Source: Takakia lepidozioides (lineage: Eukaryota; Plantae; Bryophyta). From it: 64,000 bases of DNA. Shown piece after piece: positions 38,733 to 50,345 of this stretch. Made by a program: the position numbers and the translations under genes. The notes under the pieces are model-generated. The model searched no databases, was not told the DNA's origin, and worked only from the letters and a program-made list of their open reading frames with translations. The first letter of the stretch is position 1, and every line of letters begins with the position of its first letter. Location of the stretch: assembly GCA_030704615.1 (NCBI GenBank), contig CM060731.1, positions 25,048,001 through 25,112,000 on the forward strand, given 5' to 3'.

Positions 38733-39572
38733 GTGTCCTCTACCTCTAAGCCCACTGGACTTAAGGTTGCAGTTACGGAGGACAATTGGGAGCCTGACAT
38801 TGGACCCATTGTCACCGGAGGAGAGAGACGACGTATGCGGGGGTTGCTGAGGGCTTACAGGAATTGCTTTGCCTTCAGTTTGAAGGACTTGAGAGCACTG
38901 AAGGGTCAAGAGATTCGCATTGAATTGGCTACTGACACGCCAATCTTTCGGAGACCCTATAGATACAGTGAAATGGAGAGGTCCTTGATTCAGATGAGAA
39001 CTCAGGATCTTTGGGAGGTAGGTTTGGTAGAGCTCTCTGGTGGAGAGTATGCTTCAGCCACAGTGATGCCAGCCAAGAAAGATGTCTATGGCAATTGGAT
39101 GGAGAGACGTATGTGCGGTGATTACCGGCCTGTAAATCGTCAGACCAAGTCCGATAGGTATGCCATGCCGACACTAGAGGAGATCTTTGATGCCATTGGG
39201 CATTCCAAGGTCTTTAGCACGTTGGATTTACAATCCGGATATCACCAGTTGCCGATCAAGGAGGCGGATAAGCAAAAGACGGCATTCTGGGGGATCAATG
39301 AGCACGGGAAGGATTGCCTATACCAGTGGCGGTTCTTACCATTTGGGCTTAAAAACGCTCCCGCTGAGTTTCAAAGAGTCATGGACAAGATTCTAGCAGG
39401 GGTGGAGTTTGCTCGGCGCTACATAGATGACATCATCATCTTTAGTGCTACGGTGGAGGAGCATGAGAGACACCTTCAGGGGGTATTTGAGCGCTTGAGG
39501 ACGCACGGATTGAAGTTACATCCGGCAAGTGCAAGTTTTTCCACAACCAGATTGAGTATCTGGGTCACATGA
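38733..39572 (+). CDS. reverse transcriptase domain of the DNMT-bearing gypsy element
   Basis: PIFRRPYR...RRMCGDYRPVN...FSTLDLQSGYHQ...KTAF...LPFGLKNAPAEFQRVMD...YIDDIIIFS; frameshift after KLHP. Confidence 0.93.
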   Translation: MSSTSKPTGLKVAVTEDNWEPDIGPIVTGGERRRMRGLLRAYRNCFAFSLKDLRALKGQEIRIELATDTPIFRRPYRYSEMERSLIQMRTQDLWEVGLVELSGGEYASATVMPAKKDVYGNWMERRMCGDYRPVNRQTKSDRYAMPTLEEIFDAIGHSKVFSTLDLQSGYHQLPIKEADKQKTAFWGINEHGKDCLYQWRFLPFGLKNAPAEFQRVMDKILAGVEFARRYIDDIIIFSATVEEHERHLQGVFERLRTHGLKLHPASASFSTTRLSIWVT

Positions 39573-40967
39573 TATATCCTGGAGGATTGGGGGTACAGCA
39601 GACTAAGGTAGAGTCCATTGCACAGGTTCCACGCCCCACGGATGTGAGCCAAGTTCGAGCTTTCATGGGGTTAGCAAACTATTACAGACGGTTTGTTAAG
39701 GGATTTAGTGCCATTGCAAAGGCTCTAACCAAGCTGACCAAGGTGGACCAGGAGTGGCAGTGGGAAGATGAGCAAGAACAAGCTTTTCAAGACTCAAGGC
39801 GAGGTTGACCTCGGCGCCCATCTTGAGACGACCTATCAGGGGGCGTCCTTTTCAGCTGCATACAGATTGGAGCATGCTGGGGCTTGGAGCGGTGCTCACA
39901 CAGGTGGATGATGAGGGGAGAGAGTTCGTAGTGGCTTATAGCTAGCCGCTCGAACAATGCTGCAGAGTCTAAGTATAGCTCATATGAGGGAGAATGCTTA
40001 GCTGCAGTGTGGGCCGTGGCACACTTCAGGTGCTATCTATACGGCAATCTCTTCACCCTTGTCACGGATCACCAACCACTCAAGTGGTTGATGGAGTCAG
40101 ACAAGCTTACGGGGAAGCTTGCACGGTGGGCACTCATCCTTCAAGAGTATGACTTTCAAGTGGTGCATCGACCGGGTTTGGTCAATCGCAATGCAGATGG
40201 GTTGAGTCGCAATCCATGCACGAGCCAGCAGGATGACACTGGAGCTCGGTGGCATGGTGAGACGGACGAGGAGATGGTGCCCGGATGACATGCATCTGCA
40301 TTTCTGTGTATCTTGGCAGCGGAAGGCCAGGTTGGACCTGCAACAGGGATAACTGTAGATCAAGTGTCTGAGGACCTGAGGCCAGCAATGAGCAAGGTGG
40401 CGCCAAAGATATACATGAGGATTCAGTTGTGTTGGACTACCTCCGCACTGGAGACACTGCAGCCACTGTGACTGCCAAGGAGAGGGATCGGATCCTACAA
40501 CGAGCCAAGAGGTTCAAGTGGGAGGGGACACACCTGCTCCGAGTGTGGGAGGATGGTCGAGTGAGGATTGTGCCTCACCCAACACAGCGGGCACGGTTAG
40601 TGCGGCATGCCCATGAGGAGTTGGGGACATTTTGGGGTGCGACGCACTCATAGTCTACTGCAGGGGCAGTATTGGTGGCGTGGTATGCACATAGAGGTGC
40701 AACAATTTGTGGCTAGGTGCATGGTGTGTGACAGGGTGCGTGCTTCATTCAACGCCCCTACTCCACAATTGCACCCTCTTCCGATCATGGGATTGGGCTA
40801 CAGGTGGAGTCTTGACTTCGCAGGGCCGTTGCCACTGACCATGCGCCACAACAAGTACGTGTTGGTGATGGTGGAGCACTTCTCCAAGTGGATTGAATTG
40901 GTTCCATTGCCTGATAAGGCTAGTGAGGGAGCTGCGTATGCATTCTTGGATTGTGTGCTTAGCCGCT

Positions 40968-41467
40968 NNNNNNNNNNNNNNNNNNNNNNNNNNNNNNNNN
41001 NNNNNNNNNNNNNNNNNNNNNNNNNNNNNNNNNNNNNNNNNNNNNNNNNNNNNNNNNNNNNNNNNNNNNNNNNNNNNNNNNNNNNNNNNNNNNNNNNNNN
41101 NNNNNNNNNNNNNNNNNNNNNNNNNNNNNNNNNNNNNNNNNNNNNNNNNNNNNNNNNNNNNNNNNNNNNNNNNNNNNNNNNNNNNNNNNNNNNNNNNNNN
41201 NNNNNNNNNNNNNNNNNNNNNNNNNNNNNNNNNNNNNNNNNNNNNNNNNNNNNNNNNNNNNNNNNNNNNNNNNNNNNNNNNNNNNNNNNNNNNNNNNNNN
41301 NNNNNNNNNNNNNNNNNNNNNNNNNNNNNNNNNNNNNNNNNNNNNNNNNNNNNNNNNNNNNNNNNNNNNNNNNNNNNNNNNNNNNNNNNNNNNNNNNNNN
41401 NNNNNNNNNNNNNNNNNNNNNNNNNNNNNNNNNNNNNNNNNNNNNNNNNNNNNNNNNNNNNNNNNNN
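40968..41467. other. assembly gap (500 N)
   Basis: Exactly 500 N, typical of a fixed-length scaffolding spacer. Different elements on opposite strands lie on the two sides. Confidence 0.99.
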
Positions 41468-44400
41468 TGTGAATGTAGCACATTGTATCGTCATCCTGTC
41501 ATGCACTGTCTGCAACTCCGTATGTAGTGCATTCACTTCTTGCAACTTGGTTTCATGCTGCACCTGCATTTGGTATAGTTGTTGCTTATGTGCTTCGTGC
41601 AACTGGTCTTGCACGAGGCCTACCTCAATCAATTGTTCCTTGGCCAATTGCAAAGCCGCTTCTGTATTTCCCAAGTCCTATTGCATCTTGAGAGTGACCT
41701 CTTCATCGACCTTGTTTGCACACTCAGTGGCTAGTCGAGCCTCAAACTCCTTCCTGAGTTCCTCTCTCAAGGCTGTCAATTGGGTAGTTGGAACATGGAT
41801 TTGACATAAGTCCCCAACAAATTAAGTGTCCTGCCTATGGAACTCATCAGCATTGTCTGTTGAGGGTCATCATGGTGAGGTTGCTGCTGTTCCTCCTGAT
41901 CCTCAATAGTGTGATGTCTCACGAACCACTCAGGCCATTGTCCCACCGGATTTTCTTCCTGAACCACTTCATCTATCATCGGTGCTACATTGTCATGACC
42001 TTCCGCCTGTGGTACCTCCGACACAGGTGTGTGTATTATATGCACCTCAGGATTTCCCTTGGGCAATTGTTGCACCTCTGGAATCTCTGTCTCCTTGACC
42101 AGACCAGAATATTCATAGAGAAGGTCCCCCTTCTCCATTTCTGCCATATCTGTTCTGTAGTTGGAATATCTACCCTTCTCTTTCCAAATCAATTATTTCT
42201 GGTTGAGCTGCATGGACAACTTGTGACCTTGGGACAAGTTGATCAGCTGGCTGTGATGGTTGTGATGCTGAAGTAACTTCCTCCTCCCTCTCTGAAGGTC
42301 CTGCTTCCAGTAATAGCATTTCTCTGTGCTGCTGTGCCCCTTCCTCCACATGAGCTTGGGAAACATTATCATGCGGAATCCGTGAAGCCAGTGGATCCGC
42401 CACTACAGTCTTTCCCCTTCTCTGCCTCTTAGTCTCGGTTGCCCTGCTAGTCCACCCTCACTGTGTGAAGAGCCTTGCTCTTCCATTGCAGTGGTTTCTG
42501 GCTCAAAACACTCCCATCTTCTTTCTTTCTGCGCATCAAGTATGCCAAATCAAGAATTATTTGAGCAATGATTGGGCCAGACACTATGATAGGAGACTTT
42601 GCGGTAGCACCTTGTAATCTTTTCATTTCCTCCACCAGTGCGTTGTACATTATGTCCGCCCATTGTACCTCTTGTCCCTTCAGGCCTTTAAGTATTTCCT
42701 CCGTGTGAGGATCTGCTCAAATACTGTTGGTTCTGTTTCATGGCAATCAGAACGTTCAATACCTGGCCTACCTCTTTTAGCCCGGTACACAGCCTTGGTA
42801 CAAAGCATAACCCTGAGTTTTAAAGAAACTCCCTATTGGAATAAGTCCCCTATTTGCAGTCTTGCCCTGTGTTCCTCCACATGCACCTGACCTGCTGGCA
42901 ATCGAAACAATTGCTGGAGGTATAGGGGAGTAATCATTAATTCAACTCCCTTCACCGTTGTTGTTCCTGTCCTTGGCTCAAAGTTCTGCAAAAATTGTAA
43001 TTGGCTGTAACAATTGAAGAAATGGCTGCAGGGCACAAAGCATAAACGTATGGTTGCCACAAAATGATATGGGTAATTTCTTGTAAGCCTGCGGGGCTTG
43101 CAAGCATCGATTAAGAGAAAATATACTCTCTGTTCTTCTATCCCCATGCCACTGCGTAAGTAGTATCGCGAGCGTATAGTCTGTTAGTTCCTCCATAGCT
43201 TCAAAGCTATAGCATTGATGGTCTGTCCCGTCGAGACGCCCGTTACTTGGAACGACGCCAACTCTTGCGCTTAAAATCCCTCCAATTTCTTGATCCTGCT
43301 TCTGGCTTATGATTGGCTGTAACTGTTGTGACTGGATTTTAGATTTAATTTCCTTTCATGGATTTTCCACTCTGGACTGTCCACTAGGATAGCACATGTG
43401 ACATGGATTTCGCTTTTCGGTACTTTTAAAGGGTTCCGTTACCCTATCCCTGTATGCATTAATGGGCCCATAATAAGTTAATGTGCCGGGTAGGTACTTT
43501 GACGGCCAATTTTGTCTTCTTCCTTGATGACACTCGCCTTTGCAATCTATGTCCGGCTGTGTGTCTTGCCCTGACGTCCACGTGTCCATTTCTAAACGTG
43601 CCTCCGTCCACTTTTCCGCCGGCCACTGTCCGGATGTTAACCCACGTCCACCTGTCACGGATCCTATGGACTGTGTAACCCCAGTAAACTGTGTTAAGCT
43701 GTGACAGGCTGTGTCATACTGTGGTACGCTGTGATAGGCTGTGTTGCACTATGGTAAGTTGTGATAGGCTGTGACACGCTGTGGTAGGTTGTGATAGGCT
43801 GTGTGACACCGTGATGGGCTGTGATAGGCTGTGCCGCGCTTGTACTGCCCGCCCTGGTCATCTACGATCGGCCTAGCGACAAGTGCTCCATACTCCGTTG
43901 GTATCACTGGCGCAACCCGTGACTGCTTCTGCGTTTCAACATGCAAATCATGCTGCAATGGTTTGTCATGGATACCACTGTACCCCTTCAACTTATTGGC
44001 ATTGACTCTTCCCAGCATCTCTTTGTTAATGGTTTGTAACATGGCGGTGTTGTTATCATACATCTTCTGTATGACATAAGGTCCTTTCCATGGTGATTTA
44101 AGCTTAGAATCTTTAATCTTTCCCTTCTTCTGCAACCAGAGAACCAAATCTCCCATCTTAAAAGTCTTTAACTTGCCTTCATCAAGCTGTTCCTTTCTCT
44201 TCATCTGAATTCTGGTCATGTTATCAGCTGCATGAGCACGTACTTCTTCCACATGGTATAATTCATGTTTCCTGACCTTAATTGAATCTTGCAATTCCAT
44301 TCTCTTTCCCCATTCCGTTCTCATGGTAGGTAACATGAATTCCACTGGAAGTAAAGCTTCCATACCATAAACTAATTGGAATGGTGTATACTTAGTGGTG

Positions 44401-44750
44401 ATTTTATATGAAGTCCTGTATGACCACAAAGCTGTCAGCAGCTTTGTATCCCAATCCGTTCTGTTTGCATTGACTATCTTAGCCAAGATAGTACATAGTA
44501 TTTTGTTGGTAGCCTCTGCCTGCCCATTACCTTGTGGGTAATATGTTGTACTCTTCCTATGCACAATCATGAACTCTTTAGTCAATAGTTCAATGGTCTC
44601 ATTAATGAAGTGACTTCCCTGATCACTGATAAATTCCAAGGGACAGCCAAATCGTGTAAGTATGTTCTCATACAGGAACCTTGCTGTGGACTTGGCTGTG
44701 TTGTCCCTCAAAGCTTTAGCTTCCACCCACTTCGTAGTATAATCAATGGC
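41468..44750 (-). mobile_element. Ty3/gypsy (non-chromoviral, Athila/Tat-like) copy A: integrase core, tandem repeat and degraded accessory ORF
   Basis: AIDYTTKWVEAKAL...RFGCPLEFISDQGSHF...YYPQGNGQAEATNK...WKGPY (44750-43970). 41468-43930 is homologous to 47607-50440, with frameshifts and a ~180-bp deletion near 43000. Confidence 0.9.
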
Positions 44751-45673
44751 TGTCGCGCGGCTTTTACTCACCCATCCCTTCGCTATCCGAGGCGGAAACT
44801 CCAAGATAGAAGAGTTGGAAATCACTAAGCACTCAGCCCGCTCAGAACAATCAGTCATGACCTACAGCTAGTGTATCATGGGGGTGTTTCCTATTTGTTT
44901 TCCTTCTCGCATTCATGTTAGCTAGTTACCTTACTGTTGGTAATTAAGTATCAGTTTTCTTCAGCAATCTATCGGATTCCATCAACTCATCCATTCATTC
45001 CACAGCTTCACTCAGATCTCTCTACACAATGTGAGTATGAAGTATGTTTAGATTAATATCTATCAAGTATCAGGCTGAAGCCATGGAGTCTCTAATCTGC
45101 TCTACATTACAATTCTACTGCTTGCATTCATCAAGCATCAACAGATCGTCCTCCTCCTACTCCGTGCTCTCCCTCTTTCTGCTCAGAGATGCGCTCTCTC
45201 CTCATTTTCCCCAGTGATGTCCGAAGTCCCCCCCAAGAAGTGATCCCCCAGCATTCATCATTTTCCAGTCCTTGCTCCTGGCTTTATCTTCCTACCCGTT
45301 GTTCTTACCGTTTCCCACACTAACCGTCATCCGTGAACTAACATGTTTCATTCGCAGATGTTGTTCCCCACAGTCGTTCCCTGTCCTGCTATCCGTTCCC
45401 TATGGTCGTGACAGCTGTGTCAAGATGTGACTGGCTGTGTGAAACTGTGACCGGCTGTGACCGGCTGTGTCGGGCTGTGACTAGCTGTGCGATTGTGTTG
45501 GGCTGTGTCGGGCTGTGACTGGCTGTGTGGCTGTGACGGGATGTGTTGACTATGACTGGCTGTGTTGGACTGTGACGGGCTGTGTTGACTGTGACTGGCT
45601 GTGTTGGCTGTATCGGGTTGTGTCGGTTGTGCGAAGCTGTGACGGGCTGTGATGGACTGTGTTGGGCTGTGTA
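44751..45673 (-). repeat. probable 3' LTR of gypsy copy B, with GGCTGTG(AC/T) ~10-bp repeats in U3 (45410-45670)
   Basis: Minus-strand PPT AGGGGGGGAGA at 45684-45674. The segment ends ...CGCGACA at 44751, abutting the integrase of copy A. It starts TA rather than TG. Confidence 0.65.
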
Positions 45674-47229
45674 TCTCCCCCCCTAAAGCCTGTTGCTGTC
45701 ACCCCTAAGGCTCCTGTTGGTCTCAGTCTGTGTAAAAATTAAGGGTACCCCACAGATCCCTTAAAAGCGTCTAAGTCCCAAGCAGTCCTCTAACATTACC
45801 CCTTCCCCTCTCAAAAAGCCGTGTCCTCACGGTTTACTGTTTGGGATTTGTAAACCTTTGTGAGCAAGCACCCTTGTGACGTTGAGAGTCTCGTGAAGGA
45901 CTCCGTGTGCGAGCCCCTGTTTTGTCACTGGTTGAGGGAGATGATTGAACACTACCTGGATATGTCAGTCCCTCTGGAGGCTGATATCGAGGTAATCTTT
46001 CAGGCATAGGAGACCCCCTTCGCTTCTTCTCTGCCATCTGAATTGCATAGTCCTCTGCCATGTCAAAAGAGTCCGCTGAAGAAACAGTTGTATCAGAATC
46101 CTCGTCCCCCCTGAGGTGTTTTAACTGTCGAACTTTAACTGGAATTCTCTGGGGCATACAATGTTGTCCCACCATGTCTGGAAGTTTAAACTGTAAAACT
46201 TGTTGTAAGCGCTGAATTGCAAAATTGGTGAAGACCCTGAGCTCCTTGTCTGTCCATGTGAGTGGTGTACCAATGACTTGTGAATTGTGCAAATATTTCC
46301 ATGCCTCATGTCCCTTAAAGAAAATATCGTCAGGCCCGAATTTTTGTGTTGACAAATTGTTCCAGGCCGCATGAAACCATGAATGAATCTGAGAATCCTT
46401 TTGCATCATAACTTTTGCCTCATATAGGTACATATGAGGTGGCACTGAAGGTAAGACCCAATGATCCCCACTGGAATAATTCAGAAAGCGCGTTTGCATC
46501 TTCTGTTGCTCAATGTGATAACTTACCAGAAACAAGCAGTGTAGTATAACCCGCAGCCCATGACAATACTTGCTATCTCTTTGGTCTTGGTATAAATGAA
46601 TCCATGTACAACTTGGAAGGCAATTAATTCCTTCAACATGGTACTTGCCTCATGCCAGTACTGCGCAAAGTGATGATCCTCAATGGGTCGATTGTTCGGA
46701 AGAACTTTAGTCCTAGTGGCCACTGGCAGCCAAATGCGCATGATTTGATAGTAATGTGCCAATGACTGCGGAGGACTAAATTCTTTCCAAGCTAAATCCA
46801 ACACAATGGGCATTCCCCCATACCTCAGGCTGTGGTGGCTGTGGTGTGGCTGTAGTAACAACAGGATCAGCTACTGGCACAATGACTTGTTGTGGTGTTG
46901 GTGGCACTGGCTCTTGTACCATTGGCATCCCCTGCACCCCCTGTGAAGAAGACTAAAAAGCTAAAGTTCTCGTTTGTAAATAAGAAGCCATTAGCTATTC
47001 CTCAGGTATACAGACCCTTTTGTCGATATTTGAAGTGAGGTCCTCCACTTGAGTCTGCAGGCCGTCTACATCCTTCTGTAACTCTGCTATCCTACTATAG
47101 ACATTGTCTATAGTAGTTGTGGCAATGTTCTGCACTTGCAGTCTAAGCTCATTCATCTCGCTTTGGGTGAGCTTTCTTGGTGCTTTGCCCTCCATCGGCC
47201 CTTGTGTTAACCAGACCTGCATAAGGTGG

Positions 47230-50200
47230 TTATCCACCAAGTTGTTTGTGATACCCCTCCTCTGTGAGCCTGTACACATCTATCTGCTGCTGTAAAGCCT
47301 CCATGCGCTTCGCATGAGGTTCAATCAAACTCGCATAGGCAGCAACCAGATTATTGGCTTCCTTCCAAGCCTTGTTAGCCACAGAGAGTTCATTTCTATT
47401 TACCATGAGCGTTTGTTGCAACTCCAGGATGTACCTCTTTTGGTCAGCTTCAACCTGCATGTATTGTTTGAAAGCATTCTCATTGGGAGAGATTGTATTC
47501 TTCATATCGATAATGAGTTTCAATTGCTCAACATTCTCTGTCTCTGCCTTCGTACATCTTTCCGCTTGACTGTTTATTTCTATTGTAGCTTGGTCAAGCA
47601 TAGTTGTGAGTGTAGCGCATTGTATGGCCATCCTGTCATGCACTGTCTGCAACTCCGTATGTAGTGCATTCACTTCTTGCAACTTGCTTTCATGCTTCAC
47701 CTGCATTTGGTATAGCTGTTGCTTATGTGCTTCGTGCAACTGGTCTTGCGCGAGGCCTGCCTCAATCAATTGTTCCTTGGCCAATTGCAAAGCCGCTTCT
47801 GTACTCTCCAAGTCTTGATGCATCTTGAGAGTGACCTCTTCATCGACCTTGTTTACACACTCAGTGGCAAGTCGAGCCTCAAACTCCTTCCTGAGTTCCT
47901 CCCTCAAAGCTGCCAATTGGGTAGTTGGAACATGGGATTTGACATAAGTGCCCAACAAATTAAGTGTCCTGCTTATGGAACTCATAAGCATGACCTGTTG
48001 AGGGTCATCATGGTGAGTTTGCTGTTGTTCTCCCTGATCCTCAACAGTGTGATGCCTCACGAACCACTCAGGCCATTGCCCCACCAGATTTTCTTCCTGA
48101 ACCACTCCATCCGTCACCGGTACTGCAGTGTCTTGACATTCTACCTGTGGTACCTCCGTCACAGGTGTGTGTATTATATGCACCGCAGGGTTTCCCCTGT
48201 ACAACCGTTGCACCTCCGGAATCACTCTGTCCTTGACCAGACCAGAATATTCATAGAGAAGGTCCCCCTTCTCAATTTCTGCCATCACCTGTTCTGTAGT
48301 GGGAATATCTAACCCTTCTTTCTCCAAATCAATTATTTCTGGTGGAACTGCATGGACAACTTGTGGTAACTCTGTGACAAGCCGATCATCTGGCTGTGAT
48401 GGCTGTGATACTGAAGTAACTTCCTCTTCCCTCTCTGAAGGCCCCACTTCCAATAATAGCAGTTCTCTGGGCTGTTGTGCCCCTTCCTGCACAAGAGCTT
48501 GGGAAACATTATCATGCGGTTTCAGTGAAGCAAGTGGATCCTCCACTACAGTCTTTCCCCGCCTCGGTCTCTTAGTCTGGGGTTGCCCTGCCAGTCCACC
48601 CTCACTGTGTGAAGAGCCTTGCTCTTCCATTGCAGTGGTTTCAGTCTCAAATACTCCCATCTCCTTTCTTTCTCGAGCATCAAGTATGCCAGAATCAAGA
48701 ATTATTTGAGCAATGATTGGGCCAGACACTATGATATGAGACTTTGCGGCAGTGCCCTGTAATCTTTTCATCTCCTCTACCAGTGCGTTGTACATTATGT
48801 CCGCCCATTCTACCTCTTCTCCTCTCAGGGCTTTGAGTATTTCCTCTGTGAAGGATCTGCTCAAATACTGTTGGTTCTGTTTCATGGCAAACAGAACGTT
48901 CAATACCTGGCCTACCTCCCTTAGCCCTGGGTACACGGCCTTGGTACAAGCATAACCCTGAGTTTTAAAGAAACTCCCTTCTTGGAATAAGTCCCCTATT
49001 TGCAGTCTTGCCCTGTGCTCCTCCACATGCACCTGACCTGCTGGCAAATGAAACAATTGCTGTAGGTATAGGGGAGTAATTTCTAATTCAACTCCCTTCA
49101 CCGTTGTTGCTCCTGTCCTAGGCTCAAAGTTCTGCAAGAATTGTAACATGTACTGTCTATGGTGCAATGTCCAATCTTTGCTTTGCAATCCTTCCAATCG
49201 CAGCACCTTCAGTAACTTTACCGCCTGTGGAGTAGCAATTGTTTGTTTCTGCAGGATTGTGGTGCTCTTCACCCTGATTTCTTCCATTCCTCTCACTCTC
49301 TTCATTCTAGACCCACAGAAAGGTTTTGGCTGTAACAATTGAAGAAATGCCTGCAGGGCGCAAAGCATAAACGTATGGTTGCCACAAAAAGCTATGGGTA
49401 ATTTCTTGTAAGCCTGCGGGGCTTGCAAGCATCGATTAAGAGAAAAGATTTGCTCTGTTCTTCCGTCACTATGCCACTGCGTAAGTAATATTGCGAGCGT
49501 ATAGTTTGTTAGTTCCTCCATAGCTTCAAAGCTATAGCATTGATGGTTTGTCCCGTCGAGACGCCCGTTACTTAGAACGACGCCGACTCTTGCGCTTAAA
49601 TTCCCTCCAATTTCTTGATCCCTTTTCTGGCTTTCGATTGGCTGTAACCGTTGTGACTGGATTTTAGATTTAATTTTCTTTAGTGGACTTTCTCTGCTGG
49701 ACTGTCCACTAGGATAACACATGTGACAAGAATTTCGCTTTTCTGTACTTGCCGTTTGTTCTGTTGCCCTTTTTCCGTATTCATTAATGGGCCCGCCATT
49801 CATCCGAATTGACGTGCTAAGTAGGTATTTTGACGGCCATTCTTGTCCTCTTTCTTGATGACACCTGTTCTTGCACTTCCTTCTCAGCTGTGTGTTGCAC
49901 CCTGACTTCCACGTGTCCCTTTCTAAACTGGCTTCCGTCCTTTCTTCCTCCGGCCATTTCCCTGAAGTTATCCTGCGTCCACCTGTCACTGATTCTATGG
50001 ATTGTATAACCCTAGTAGGCTGTGTTGAGCTGTGATAGGCTGTGTCATACTGTGGTATGCTGTGATAGGCTGTGACACGCTGTGGTAGGTTGTGATAGGC
50101 TGTATGGCGCCGTGCTGGGCTGTGATATGCTGTGTCGCGCCTTGCTGGGTTGTGATAGGCTGTGTCACGTCGTGATAGGCTGTGATAGGCTGTGTCGCGC

Positions 50201-50232
50201 CGTGCTGGGCTGTGATATGCTGTGTCGCGCAT
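47230..50232 (-). CDS. retrotransposon accessory ORF (open frame of 1000 codons; likely true start near MKRVRG ~49305): plant-transposon/ATHILA-ORF-like domain plus long coiled coil
   Basis: QFLQNFEPRTGATTVKGVELEITPLYLQQLFHLP resembles the EFYxN...VKG..I.ITP..I...L.LP pattern of plant LTR accessory proteins. Basic patch TKRPRRGK; heptad-rich C-terminal ~240 aa. Confidence 0.7.
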   Translation of the reverse strand: MRDTAYHSPARRDTAYHSLSRRDTAYHNPARRDTAYHSPARRHTAYHNLPQRVTAYHSIPQYDTAYHSSTQPTRVIQSIESVTGGRRITSGKWPEEERTEASLERDTWKSGCNTQLRRKCKNRCHQERGQEWPSKYLLSTSIRMNGGPINEYGKRATEQTASTEKRNSCHMCYPSGQSSRESPLKKIKSKIQSQRLQPIESQKRDQEIGGNLSARVGVVLSNGRLDGTNHQCYSFEAMEELTNYTLAILLTQWHSDGRTEQIFSLNRCLQAPQAYKKLPIAFCGNHTFMLCALQAFLQLLQPKPFCGSRMKRVRGMEEIRVKSTTILQKQTIATPQAVKLLKVLRLEGLQSKDWTLHHRQYMLQFLQNFEPRTGATTVKGVELEITPLYLQQLFHLPAGQVHVEEHRARLQIGDLFQEGSFFKTQGYACTKAVYPGLREVGQVLNVLFAMKQNQQYLSRSFTEEILKALRGEEVEWADIMYNALVEEMKRLQGTAAKSHIIVSGPIIAQIILDSGILDARERKEMGVFETETTAMEEQGSSHSEGGLAGQPQTKRPRRGKTVVEDPLASLKPHDNVSQALVQEGAQQPRELLLLEVGPSEREEEVTSVSQPSQPDDRLVTELPQVVHAVPPEIIDLEKEGLDIPTTEQVMAEIEKGDLLYEYSGLVKDRVIPEVQRLYRGNPAVHIIHTPVTEVPQVECQDTAVPVTDGVVQEENLVGQWPEWFVRHHTVEDQGEQQQTHHDDPQQVMLMSSISRTLNLLGTYVKSHVPTTQLAALREELRKEFEARLATECVNKVDEEVTLKMHQDLESTEAALQLAKEQLIEAGLAQDQLHEAHKQQLYQMQVKHESKLQEVNALHTELQTVHDRMAIQCATLTTMLDQATIEINSQAERCTKAETENVEQLKLIIDMKNTISPNENAFKQYMQVEADQKRYILELQQTLMVNRNELSVANKAWKEANNLVAAYASLIEPHAKRMEALQQQIDVYRLTEEGYHKQLGG

Positions 50233-50345
50233 TGCTGGGCTATGATAGGCTGTGTCACGTCGTGATGGGCTGTGATAGGTTGTGTCGCGCTTTGCTGGGC
50301 TGTGATAGGCTGTGCAAGCCGTGATAGGCTATGATAGGCTGTGTC
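50015..50345. repeat. 21-bp tandem repeat (GGCTGTGATAGGCTGTGTCnC-type); related arrays at 43690-43835 and 50520-50677
   Basis: Directly visible; translates as DTAYHSP/ATQPITA heptapeptide repeats. Confidence 0.92.

Larger units (their letters stand above)
34514..40967 (+). mobile_element. Ty3/gypsy LTR retrotransposon with order gag-protease-C5 DNA methyltransferase-RT-RNaseH-integrase (truncated by assembly gap)
   Basis: Gag with two CCHC knuckles (C*TCGGPHVKRDC ~35670; CGHCGKYGHGDAQC ~35758); protease VLLDSG(A) ~36750-36770 and YDVLVGG ~36985; DNMT 37353-38531; RT RMCGDYR, LDLQSGYHQ, PFGLKNAP, YIDD; RNaseH TDWS..GLGAVL, TDHQPL, NADGLSR; integrase H-H-C-C and DFAGP. Multiple 1-nt frameshifts outside the DNMT. 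Confidence 0.93.

Noticed and set aside
40607-41804. Long ORFs spanning the N run
   Set aside because: Artefacts of translating the 500-N gap. Only the integrase N-terminus (40607-40967) is real, and adjacency of the two sides is unproven.
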